64,000 nucleotides of DNA from an uncultured Chloroflexia bacterium. GTDB lineage: Bacteria > Chloroflexota > Chloroflexia > QHBQ01 > JADMIH01. Numbering within the stretch: the first letter of the stretch is position 1; each line of letters starts with the position of its first letter. The stretch is from assembly GCA_963797095.1 (NCBI GenBank), contig CAWCNY010000001.1:128001-192000 (forward strand), written 5' to 3'. Below the pieces are notes generated by a model. The model saw only the letters and a list, made by a program, of their open reading frames with translations. It had not been told where the DNA came from and did not search any database. The position numbers and the translations under genes were made by a program. This document shows positions 53,026 through 62,701 of the stretch, in pieces.

Positions 53026-53946
53026 ATGTTCGCTCGCGTAACCAATAGAATGCGATTCCTGATGTCCTTTATGGTAAGCGCCATGATGCTAACCATGATA
53101 ACTGCGTGTGATGGAGATGCGCAAAGTGGTGGCAAGCCAACTATAAGAGTCGGCTCGAAGCAATTCACCGAGCAGTTGATAATAGGCAATATGTACGCTC
53201 TGCTGCTGGAAGATGCCGGATACACCGTGGATCGCAAACTCAATCTAGGAGGGACTGCGGTGGTGCACCAGGCGCTGGTCAGCGGTGAACTAGATATGTA
53301 TGCAGAGTACACTGGCAGCGCCCTGGCAGCCATCCTCAAGCTCCCCGTCGAGACCGACCAGCAGCTGGTTTACGATACGGTGAAGAAAGAGTACGATAGC
53401 CAGTTCAAGCTCACCTGGCTGGACCCTATCGGTTTCAACAATACGTATGCTATGGCCATGAGACAGGACAGGGCCGCTGAGTTGGGAGTCACGAAGCTCT
53501 CGGATCTAAAAGGTAAAGCTGAATCGCTCACGGTCGGCGGCACCCAGGAGTTCTTGAGCAGGAGCGACGGCTTGCAGGGCCTGGAAAGCGCCTACGGCAT
53601 AAAGTTCAAAGAGAGCAGGGGAATGGATGCCGGACTGGTATTCCAGGCTGTAGCAAGTGGACAAGTTGATATTGCATCAGGTACTTCCACCGACGGGCGC
53701 GTAGGCGAGCTCGATCTGGTACTGCTTGAGGATGACCTGCCCTTCTTCCCTCCGTACTACATCGCGCCGGTAGTGAGACAAGACACATTGGCCAAAGACC
53801 CGGAACTGATGGCCGTCTTGAACAAGCTGGCAGGCAAGATCGACGAAACGACGATGGCCGGGCTCAATTTGCAGGTCGATGATGAAAAAAAGGAGCCTGA
53901 GGACGTCGCCAGGGCTTTTCTAAAGGACAACGGCTATATCAAATAG
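53026..53946 (+). CDS. Glycine betaine/choline-type ABC substrate-binding lipoprotein (OpuCC/OsmX-like)
   Basis: 'ITAC', 'VGSKQFTEQ', 'YAEYTG', 'GFNNTYA', 'FFPPY'. Confidence 0.92.
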   Translation: MFARVTNRMRFLMSFMVSAMMLTMITACDGDAQSGGKPTIRVGSKQFTEQLIIGNMYALLLEDAGYTVDRKLNLGGTAVVHQALVSGELDMYAEYTGSALAAILKLPVETDQQLVYDTVKKEYDSQFKLTWLDPIGFNNTYAMAMRQDRAAELGVTKLSDLKGKAESLTVGGTQEFLSRSDGLQGLESAYGIKFKESRGMDAGLVFQAVASGQVDIASGTSTDGRVGELDLVLLEDDLPFFPPYYIAPVVRQDTLAKDPELMAVLNKLAGKIDETTMAGLNLQVDDEKKEPEDVARAFLKDNGYIK

Positions 53947-54112
53947 GGTCTTCTAGGTCTTCGGCCATCGTTCTGCCATAGCGCCAGAGCCGGAAGTGGC
54001 AGAAATCAGGACAGGGATTGGCCTTCAGGCAATTCATCGGTTATCCTTGCTTACGACGGAACCATGTTCATAAGGAACGCTGATGAATTGTCCCCTTTGC
54101 TCATCCTGGAGA

Positions 54113-55480
54113 ATCGGGTAGCCGCGGGCCATTGCTGACCCGCAGCCCCCTCAGCACTGGACGTAACTGTCACCAGTGATCCAGCTCAAGCCTTGAGTAC
54201 CCTTGAGCCATATCGTTGATGGTGCTACTGATGGCACCAGCTGATGGGATGACACCAGTAGTGCACAACCCGTTTGTTGCTGAGGTCTTCACTGCCCCCT
54301 TGCGCCTGCGGGACGTCGTGGTGAATGTGCGCTTCTTCTGTTGAGGCAAACATGATCTCATACATTGCACACTTGCCTTGCTGTGTTTTCAGCAGCGCCA
54401 GTTTCTGTTTTGAGGTGGTCTGCTCGCTTATCAGCCGCTCTGTTCGCCCTTGCCAGTAGGCTCGTGGCTTGGGGTCAAACGGGCTGTTGCGCCCGCTGAC
54501 TTTGACGAAGCGGCTGATTGGCGTCGCAGTGATCCTGACCAGTTCGGCGTCCTTGCTATAGAAGGTCCAGTAGCCGTCTGCCCGGAAGTAGCGCTGCTTT
54601 ATCCACCACAGCCCTTTGGTTGGGTGGCGTCGCCGCGCCCAACTCCACAGCATTTGCCACTGTCGATGACCTACATAGCTGTACGTTCCCTTGGCCGCGC
54701 AATGCCGATAGTAGTTGGCCCAGCCCCGGATAACCGGGTTCAGATGCCAGATTACCTCCTCGGCAGGATACTGCTTATGAGCATTCAAGTAGGTTTTGAT
54801 ACTGTGCAGATGCCGCAGCACCTTCTTCTTCTGTGGCTTGGTCAGCAGTTTGCGCTCGAATCGCCTGACCTGGAAGCCGAGGAAGTTGAACCCTTCGCAC
54901 ACATGAACGATACGGGTCTTGGCTTCGCTCAGGGTCAATCCACGCTCTTTGAGAAACTCGTTTAGCCGCGGTATGACGTAGTCTCCCAGTACCTCCCGCG
55001 TCGGTGCCGTTGCCACAAAATGGTCAGCATAGCGACAGAGGCTGGTGCCACGATTGCGCTTTGCGTTGCGATGGTGTAATGGGTCGCCCATCCGGTGTTT
55101 CAGCACCAAACAGTCGTTCCATACATTGTGTGGAGTGAAGGCGCGCAGATTAGGTCGTTGCAGTTGCTTCATTTCCGTCAAGGCCAGTCTGACGTCAGCA
55201 CCCTTTCGGGTTGGGTATTTCCAGAGTATGTTATGTTGGCCCTATCTCATCGATTACAGACGAGTGCTCGCTTCTTCCGATCTCCGTCCTTCGCCCCTCG
55301 CCCCTCGCCCCTCGTCACGCAACCGCTTTATATCATTGGCAATCTGCTTTGGGTTGTTAGCTACGGAAGTGTCAGGACTGCTTTCTCCCACAGGAATACT
55401 CGATGGATACCAGGAGCGCCAGGGGCTGGGCGCAGTTCTGCCACTTCCCACATGTGCAACCCTGCTCGCATGAGGCACAC
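54113..55480 (-). mobile_element. Group II intron, internally deleted (about 1.37 kb), both ends apparently retained
   Basis: Domain V GAGCTGGATCACTGGTGACAGTTACGTCCAGTGC (54187-54154), DVI ending ...CTACCCGAT at 54113; probable 5' GTGTG at 55480 (less certain). Confidence 0.8.
54225..55181 (-). pseudogene. Group II intron RT/maturase with HNH domain, lacking RT0-4
   Basis: 'RYADHFV' (YADD to YADH), 'GLTLSEAKT', 'GFNFLGF', 'LNPVIRGWANYY', HNH 'HIHH..GGS..N..VH..CH'. Confidence 0.88.
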
Positions 55481-55738
55481 TCGGAACTGTTACCAAACTG
55501 TAACCGGCTAATACTCTCCTCGTAACCCCTGGTTGCTACGATAATAATGAAAAAGTGTGCCCTCCGACTTGAGCAAGCTGCTCAATGAGGAATGAGCCGG
55601 GGTTCGTACTTGGTCAGGTGAAGCTTGACCCGCTATGTATGGGAGCAGTTGTGAAACGGAACTTGAGCAGGGGCTGGGCCCTGCTCAAGTTCCGCCTCCT
55701 TGGCCCAGGACGCGCAAAAGCGTAGGGAGCTAGATCTT

Positions 55739-56257
55739 ATGGACATCAAGCACAGCTCTGGCACGCACCGGCATATCCTTGTCACATCAGGCCCCAGGGC
55801 AAAGCGCAATATCTTGCCAACGGCCTCAGCGCTCACGAGGACCGCGGCCATTCTCATTATTCTGCTATTCGTCGCGGTGGCGCTTGTCGCGGGTAACAAC
55901 AACCGGGCGAGCCGCCTCAACCGCCTTCCCCAGACGGTTACTCTCAGCGAAGCCCAGGCCGGCAACAGCATAACCATGGAGATCGGCGACACCCTTCAAG
56001 TCGTCCTTGAGGGTAATCCCAGCACGGGCTACAGCTGGAGCGTGGAGGGGTTGGACGCTGCGATTCTCAAGTCAACCGGCGAACCGGAATTCCACCAGGC
56101 CACCGATGCGCTCGGTGCGAGCGGCACCGTGACGAGCCGTTTCGAGGCGGTTGGCAAGGGGCAGACCGTCCTAAAGATGATCTACTCCCGCCCTTTTGAA
56201 AAGGGCACGTCGCCGCTACGGACATTTGATGTTACTGTGGTTATCACGGGGCGGTAG
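55739..56257 (+). CDS. Chagasin / protease inhibitor I42 family exported protein
   Basis: 'LEGNPSTGYSW', 'GASG', 'YSRPFE'; start uncertain. Confidence 0.85.
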   Translation: MDIKHSSGTHRHILVTSGPRAKRNILPTASALTRTAAILIILLFVAVALVAGNNNRASRLNRLPQTVTLSEAQAGNSITMEIGDTLQVVLEGNPSTGYSWSVEGLDAAILKSTGEPEFHQATDALGASGTVTSRFEAVGKGQTVLKMIYSRPFEKGTSPLRTFDVTVVITGR

Positions 56258-56267
56258 GCTGGATAGG

Positions 56268-56753
56268 ATGGGCGAAGTGTGGGGTATGGACTTCATGCTT
56301 ATTACTGCACAAACCATCGACCTGGCAGTTGTGATCATCGCTAACCTGGCCAATCTGCTGCTGGCAGGTATGTTCGTGGCCAGGGCTATAGGGCAGGCGC
56401 GTGTCGCCCGTGGTCTCGGCACAGGGGTTGTAGTGCCGGCCGTGCCTCTGATCGTGGCCGTAGCGTTGAACGCGGTGAACGGGCGGGAATGGTGGACGGT
56501 TGTCTTACCTGGGTTGCTGGTAGCGTACTGTGCCTTCGAGTTCGTTCTGGATTACGTGCTGAGGAGCGATTTCCGCCATACGCGCCTGTTGGGGCCCTAT
56601 CTGTTGCTATACTACGCGGGCCTGATGGGCATGATAGGGTACGCTTTCCTGGTCGATAAGCTTGCGGGATTTGTCACGCTGGCCACATATTTCGTAAGCC
56701 TGGGTGCAACGTTCTATTCTTTTGCGCGGGCGGGGCACGGACGGTCCGTTTAG
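56268..56753 (+). CDS. Hypothetical membrane protein (paralog of 37593-38053)
   Basis: About five hydrophobic segments; clear similarity to the frameshifted copy. Confidence 0.7.
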   Translation: MGEVWGMDFMLITAQTIDLAVVIIANLANLLLAGMFVARAIGQARVARGLGTGVVVPAVPLIVAVALNAVNGREWWTVVLPGLLVAYCAFEFVLDYVLRSDFRHTRLLGPYLLLYYAGLMGMIGYAFLVDKLAGFVTLATYFVSLGATFYSFARAGHGRSV

Positions 56754-56808
56754 AGGTATAGAAGGCAAAGGCTGGTGAGCTCCGATACCATCGCGCGGAG
56801 TAAGGCTT

Positions 56809-58341
56809 ATGTACGACACATACCAAATATATCGGGGAATAGTTGACCGAGCCGCGTGCGAGGCTCTCGATCAGACCTGGGACGTCGTTAGCTCCCCGCA
56901 GTTCACCCTGAGCCCAGGAAGTGCGCTTATGGCCATTTCGCTCTGTCCTGCCATGTCATACGCCCGACTGGCGGACGTGGCTCGCTCGAACGCACTTCTA
57001 TGGACGGAAGCGGGGCTGCAAATGCAGGAACGTACCACGCGTGGCGTTGCTGCGGGGAGAGCGATCTCGCGCCCTCTCGTCCTGGCCGCCGTCGCTTACG
57101 ATATCTTCCTGGGGTACATCACTCTACATGAGCGTTCCAGGTGGTTTCCGAGCCTGGTGCAGGCAAGGGACTGGCGGTGGCAGCACGAGCGTGGCGCGAG
57201 CCGGGTCCTGGAGACGGCCGCGACGCTCGGCGGGGCGCTGATCAAAGCCTGCCAGTTTGCCTCGACCAGACCCGACCTGCTTCCCGCCGCCTATATTCAC
57301 GCCTTGATCCCGCTTCAAGACCGCATGCCACCCCACCCGTGGCCGGAGATCGAGCGAGCTATCCAAAGCGAGCTGCGCCAACCGCTGGCGGACGTCTTTG
57401 CAGAGATCGAACGCGAGCCGGTCGCCGCCGCATCGATAGCCCAGGTGCATCGCGCCCGATTGGGCGATGGGCGCCGCGTCGCGGTCAAGGTACAGTACCC
57501 TGAGATCCAGGACCTGGTGGCAACGGACCTGGCCGCGTTGGACCGCCTGGTCAAGGCGGTAGCCCGCCTGGCCCCGACGATCCAACTGCAACCTATCGTC
57601 GAGTATCTACGAGCGACTCTCCCCCTTGAACTCGATTTCGTTCACGAAGCCCAGGCTATGGCCCAACTGCGCACTGCGCTGCAAGCCCGGCCGGACGTTG
57701 TAGTACCTGCGGTCGTGCCTGAATTGAGCACGTCGCGTCTGATCGTGATGGAGTACATGGAGGGGATCAAGATCACTGACCGTGAGGCGATGGAGCGCGC
57801 GGGTATCTCCACTTCAGCGGTGGCGAAGTTGCTCAACGATGTCTATGCAGAGCAGATGCTGCGCCTCGGGATCTTGCACGCGGACCCGCACCCCGGCAAC
57901 TTGCTGGTGCAGGCAGGGGAGTATGGCCCGCGCCTGGTGCTGCTCGACCACGGCCTCACCGTGCCCCTCGCCCCGGCGCTAGTCGAATCGTTGCGGCAGA
58001 TGGTGCAAGCGCTCCTGCAGGGCGATTTTGGTGGTCTCGGGCAAGCGCTGGTGGGAGCGGGAGTGCAGCTCGACGACGCGGTAAACGTTGCAGGTCTGGT
58101 GGGGTTGGTGGGCGTGCTATTGGGTAATGCCCAGGCTGAAGAAGGGGAAGAAGCCGAGGCGGCGGAAGAGCGCGCCCGTCCTGGCGGGGGGATGGTTGCC
58201 GGGGTGCGATTGGGCAAGAGCATTGGCAGCATCCCTGTGGACTTGCTGCTGGTTGGGCGCGTCCTCGGCTTATTGGACGGTATCAGTAAGCAGCTTGACC
58301 CAGGCATCGACACGCTGGAAATCGTCTCGCACTACTCATAG
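56809..58341 (+). CDS. ABC1/AarF/UbiB-family atypical kinase
   Basis: 'AAASIAQVH', 'VAVKVQYP', 'ELDF..EA', 'HADPHPGN', 'LLDHG'; start uncertain. Confidence 0.88.
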   Translation: MYDTYQIYRGIVDRAACEALDQTWDVVSSPQFTLSPGSALMAISLCPAMSYARLADVARSNALLWTEAGLQMQERTTRGVAAGRAISRPLVLAAVAYDIFLGYITLHERSRWFPSLVQARDWRWQHERGASRVLETAATLGGALIKACQFASTRPDLLPAAYIHALIPLQDRMPPHPWPEIERAIQSELRQPLADVFAEIEREPVAAASIAQVHRARLGDGRRVAVKVQYPEIQDLVATDLAALDRLVKAVARLAPTIQLQPIVEYLRATLPLELDFVHEAQAMAQLRTALQARPDVVVPAVVPELSTSRLIVMEYMEGIKITDREAMERAGISTSAVAKLLNDVYAEQMLRLGILHADPHPGNLLVQAGEYGPRLVLLDHGLTVPLAPALVESLRQMVQALLQGDFGGLGQALVGAGVQLDDAVNVAGLVGLVGVLLGNAQAEEGEEAEAAEERARPGGGMVAGVRLGKSIGSIPVDLLLVGRVLGLLDGISKQLDPGIDTLEIVSHYS

Positions 58342-59399
58342 CGGACGCACGGTAGTTGTATGTGGCGTATGTCTTTTGTGCAGATGTAAGACCAGCGGCA
58401 ACTGCGACCATCAGACTATTCAGAGCTTGCTCACGACCGATGGGGCGGGGCAACACGCCACTCTTCGCCGGTGCTTAGGAAGTAGTTGGTCACAAGCCTA
58501 CAAGAGTGACCACGGACGGCCACGACTCCTACCCACGAGCCAAAAGAAGGGTGCTGGGCCGCAAAGTTGAGCACAGAACCAATCGCTTGAGCCTGCCGGT
58601 GGTCGGCTCAAGTCTGCTTAGCCCCCGCAAATGAGATTACAGCAAATCACTAATCCACGCCCATGAATGGGCTGTGGTGAGGTTAATCGGACGACTGCCT
58701 CTTTCGCTTGTAGGTCAACGGCAAGATCCACCACAGCCCGCCAATGAGCATGGCTACCATGATAGACGCTATGATGGCCGCAAGCCTCCCGGCGACATAG
58801 GGAACGGCCAGGTGAGTGGCCAGGATCGGAGCCATGGAGAACGGAGGAGGTGGGTCTGCCACCGATATCGACCTCACCGAGCGGGAAGAGTTAAGCGGGT
58901 ATTCACCTGGGCGCTCGGACGCCGGACTTGAGGTCGTTGAGGGGAGCGCTTCCTGGGCAGATCCCTCAACGAGGAGAGGCACCCGATTCAGGTGGCGTCC
59001 TCTGCGGCAATTCTGTAGCTGGGTCACTCATATGAAGCCCGAGGAGGTGGCGATGGACGAGCGGAGCATGGTCCGAGCACAGATAGCGGAGATCAAAGCC
59101 CGTCTCGAGCAATTGGACCGAGTGTTGGAGGAGGTCGAGACGGCTCATAGCGGGTGAGCCGACGAGTGAGCCGACGCTGCGAGTCCCGTCCTTGCAAGAG
59201 CCGATTTTCACCGAATATACACCCGACGTTTACCGCGATCTTCATGGGCGTGCTGTATGATGATAATTGCCGAGGTGGTGATAAGCCACCAGAGCCACAG
59301 AGGCTCCGAAGAACTGGAAAGCAAATCGGAACGGAAGCCCCGAGTAATCGCAAGGTTAGTCGGAGTGGAAGCTTCGAAAGAGCTGGAAAGGGAAGCGGA

Positions 59400-59824
59400 G
59401 CCTTCTGTCTTCCATCGACCAGCCGCCAATGAACGCCAGCACCCCGGCAACCAGCTCTCCCCTGTACAGCCGAAGAGGGCGACCGTCCCACCCTGCATAG
59501 CGGGGCCGTGCCTCTGGAAGGCGGAAGCCACATCCAGCAGCAAGAGCCCCAGTATGAGGGCCCCGATCCCCGTCAATCAGAGCAAACCACTACGCGCCCT
59601 GCTCCTGGCAATGAACGGTGCGGCAAGCATGAGGATGCCGACAAAAAGATTAGCTGTTACGTTGGCCCAGAAAGAGGGGAAAGCGGACTCCGGTGTGGCC
59701 AGAGGGTCTGTTGCCACCTGCGGTATCACCCCATGGCCACGATGATCCCTACCAATAAGGTAATCCCGGCCCCAATCAACGGGAGTTTGAGTCTGGTTTC
59801 CACTCTTAGTCCTTCATCATCCAT
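59400..59824 (-). pseudogene. Disrupted membrane-protein gene
   Basis: Hydrophobic segments spread over frames with an internal stop near 59577. Confidence 0.4.
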
Positions 59825-59860
59825 ATAAGGTATGGAGAGGGGCCGGGCACCACTCTCACT

Positions 59861-61246
59861 CTACGCCGTGCTGGCAGCCGCAGTTAGCAGGGCCTCGTGA
59901 GGCTCGTGAATATCGTACCGACCGCCTGCAGCGGTAAAGGCGCCAAGTATCTCAGTGAGGCTGGGGCTTCCGACCTCCACCAGCTCATAGCGCACCCGTA
60001 CGGTGGGAAGCTTCAGCTTCAGCACCCGGCTCAGGTCTATCGGCGTACCGATTATCACCAGGTCCGCCGCGGCGCTATTTATGGTTTCCTCGAGCTCCCT
60101 GATCTGCTCCTCGCTGTAGCCCATAGCGGGAAGCACCTCGCGGGTCTGCCGGAACTTCTCGTACGTCTCCTTGATCGAGCCCACGGCGTAGGGATAAGGC
60201 GAGATGATCTCAGCGGCTCCCCAGCGGCGCGCCGCCACATAACCGGCACCGTAGCTCATCTCGCCGTGGGTGAGCGTAGGGCCGTCCTCCACCACCAGCA
60301 CGCGCTTACCCTGGATCGACTCGCCGTCCTGCACAGTGATAGCGGATATGGCGTGTACGACGGTCGCTTTGGGGTTGAGCATGCCAATATTGCGCTTCAC
60401 CTGCTCGATCAACTCGGCGGAAGCGCTGTCTTCCTTGTTGATGACGATTACGTCCGCCATCCGTATGTTGGCCTCGCCGGGGTGGTACTTCAACTCGTGG
60501 CCGGGGCGCAGGGGGTCGACCACCACGATCTGCAGGTCCGGACGGTAGAAGGGGAAGTCGTTGTTGCCCCCGTCCCAGATAATGATGTCTGCCTCACGCT
60601 CCGCCTCTCGCAGGATTGCCTCATAGTCCACGCCGGCGTAGACGACCGCGCCCAGGTCGATGTAAGGCTCGTACTCCTCGCGCTCCTCGATGGTGGTCTT
60701 GTACAGGTCGAGGTCGTCGTACGAAGCGAAGCGCTGCACCGCCTGCTCGGCCAGATCACCGTAAGGCATCGGGTGGCGCACAGAGACGACGCGCTTTCCC
60801 ATCTCCCGGAGGAGCTTGACCACCTTGCGCGAGGTCTGGCTCTTGCCTGAGCCGGTGCGCGCGGCACACACCGAGATGATCGGCACGCTCGCCTTGAGCA
60901 TTGTGCTGTTGGGGCCGAGCAGCCAGAAGTCAGCCCCCGCGGCCAGCACTTCGGACGCTTTGTGCATCACATATTCATGAGAAACGTCGCTGTAAGCGAA
61001 CACCACCCGCTCGACGGCGTGCTCCTTGATGAGCAGGTCGAGCTCCGACTCGGGGTATATAGGGATGCCCGTGGGTTTGTATAAATCACCGGCCAGGGCG
61101 GGCGGGTATCTCCTCTCCTCGATCCCCGGTATCTGCGTCGCAGTGAAGGCCACCACTTCATACTCTTGATTGTCTCGGAAGAAGACGTTGAAGTTGTGGA
61201 AGTCGCGCCCGGCGGCGCCCATGATAATTACCTTCGTCTTTTTCAT
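59861..61246 (-). CDS. Cyclic 2,3-diphosphoglycerate synthetase-like P-loop protein (COG2403)
   Basis: 'GAAGRDFHNFN', 'RTGSGKS', 'RHPMPYG', 'TIEEREEYE', 'WDGGNND', 'EDGPTLTHG'. Confidence 0.85.
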   Translation of the reverse strand: MKKTKVIIMGAAGRDFHNFNVFFRDNQEYEVVAFTATQIPGIEERRYPPALAGDLYKPTGIPIYPESELDLLIKEHAVERVVFAYSDVSHEYVMHKASEVLAAGADFWLLGPNSTMLKASVPIISVCAARTGSGKSQTSRKVVKLLREMGKRVVSVRHPMPYGDLAEQAVQRFASYDDLDLYKTTIEEREEYEPYIDLGAVVYAGVDYEAILREAEREADIIIWDGGNNDFPFYRPDLQIVVVDPLRPGHELKYHPGEANIRMADVIVINKEDSASAELIEQVKRNIGMLNPKATVVHAISAITVQDGESIQGKRVLVVEDGPTLTHGEMSYGAGYVAARRWGAAEIISPYPYAVGSIKETYEKFRQTREVLPAMGYSEEQIRELEETINSAAADLVIIGTPIDLSRVLKLKLPTVRVRYELVEVGSPSLTEILGAFTAAGGRYDIHEPHEALLTAAASTA

Positions 61247-61261
61247 TGCTCTCCTCCATTC

Positions 61262-61483
61262 TTAATCGTGGTAGTGTGAGACTGCACTCTTAATGGTCCC
61301 AAAACGTCGTCGGCTCGACCCTGCTGTAGTGCATGTCATAGTGCATGTCATCGCGCTCCTCTTCAACAACTCGCGCAGCTCGTATGGGCCGGTGTTGGAT
61401 ATCTCGTCGCGTAGCTCCGGGTACGCCGAGTTCACTGTGGTCAGCAGAGCCTCGCGCTCCTCGTCAGTGAGAGTGAATTGCAT
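61262..61483 (-). CDS. Small hypothetical protein, tail possibly corrupted by a 12-bp duplication
   Basis: RBS AAAGGAGG; 'MQFTLTDEEREAL..ELRDEI..T...LK'. Confidence 0.45.
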   Translation of the reverse strand: MQFTLTDEEREALLTTVNSAYPELRDEISNTGPYELRELLKRSAMTCTMTCTTAGSSRRRFGTIKSAVSHYHD

Positions 61484-61769
61484 TGGCTTGCCTCCTTTGC
61501 GCCCCTTTATCCCCTGTCCTCCTCGGCTGCGGCCTGCGAACGCAAACCCTGGATGGGACCGGGCGTGACCTAGGGCCTCGAACCGGTGGCCAGCCTCACA
61601 CGGGCATAAGGGCATACATCCTCAGCCCTAACAAGATCAACTATGGCAGGTTGAGGTAGTACGGCGGGTGTAAATCGGTTACAGGTTGGTGTCAGTTAGC
61701 GTCTGCTGGCCGGAACCGAGGCGTCCGCGGGCGTCAAATTAGGGTAATCTGGTGCGCGGATCTGATCGA

Positions 61770-61955
61770 AGCCTGGACAAGCTACCCGCGCAGCTCATCA
61801 TCTATGGCATTGAGGCGGAGCATTTCGAGCCGGGTGATGGGCTTTCCTTGCCCGTGTTGGCTGCCGCTGAACAGGTAGTGCGGGAAATTCGTGCGTATGT
61901 CAGGTCACTGCGCAAGTTCGCGCCTCAAGCCCAAGCCGCTTGGAGAGGGAACTAA
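61770..61955 (+). pseudogene. C-terminal fragment of a hydrogenase maturation protease
   Basis: 'LP..LIIYGIE...F..G.GLS.PV.AAA..VV'. Confidence 0.65.
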
Positions 61956-62431
61956 CGAATTTGAACGCCAATTGTAAGACGCTGTAAAACCTCACCTGTA
62001 GCGCCTCTGGCCGAGGATGCTCCTTGCGCTGAGTACAGTGAAGCGATGGGATCAGAATGTAAGCTACCCCATAGCTAAAGCAAGGGGCTTTTGCAATCGA
62101 ACCTTTATCTGGCTTCCCACTGAAGGGATACACAGGTTCCCGCAAGTACGGCCAGCTTACATTGGCCCTGTTAGCCATGGCCAATGTCGTTCCCGTCTTA
62201 CTGGTGCGGGTGAAGAATCACGCGGTGGGAGAGGTGGATATGCAAAGCAAGTCGCAGGCGCAGAGTGCTGTCAAAGCGAGTGTTCAGCACTGATGAGCCG
62301 GCGTGGCATGGCTCGCCGGTTGTTTGGCAGCCATCTTCGTCGTACGGGCACGCTGGTAGAAGATACAGATGTGGGGGTTGCCGGCGCGCCTACAAGCAGA
62401 TTGCAATATGAGTGTGACAGACACAACATCT

Positions 62432-62701
62432 TCAGACTACCCGGAAAAGAGAGTTCTTGGGCAGTTTGACCAGTTGAGACATCCCCCAGATGCGTACCGA
62501 CATATCCGTTGAAGCAGAAGCCAACAGATGGCCATTAGGCGACCATGAAACCCCTACCACCCAGAAGTCATAGCCGCTAAGCCTGTTCAACAAGGGTGGC
62601 GGAGATTGATAGCTACTGCCGTTGTTAGATGTGCAGCCCACGAAGACAACCATGCAGCTCAAAGCAAGGGCTAGAATGAGTAGCTTATAACGATGGATCA
62701 C
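62432..62701 (-). pseudogene. Truncated WD40-repeat lipoprotein
   Basis: Lipobox 'FVGC'; single WD40 'VSWSPNGHLLASASTDMSVRIW'. Confidence 0.65.

Noticed and set aside
54225-55181. RT as a retron or DGR
   Set aside because: Maturase and HNH domains plus domain V/VI RNA identify a group II intron; no TR/VR pair was seen.
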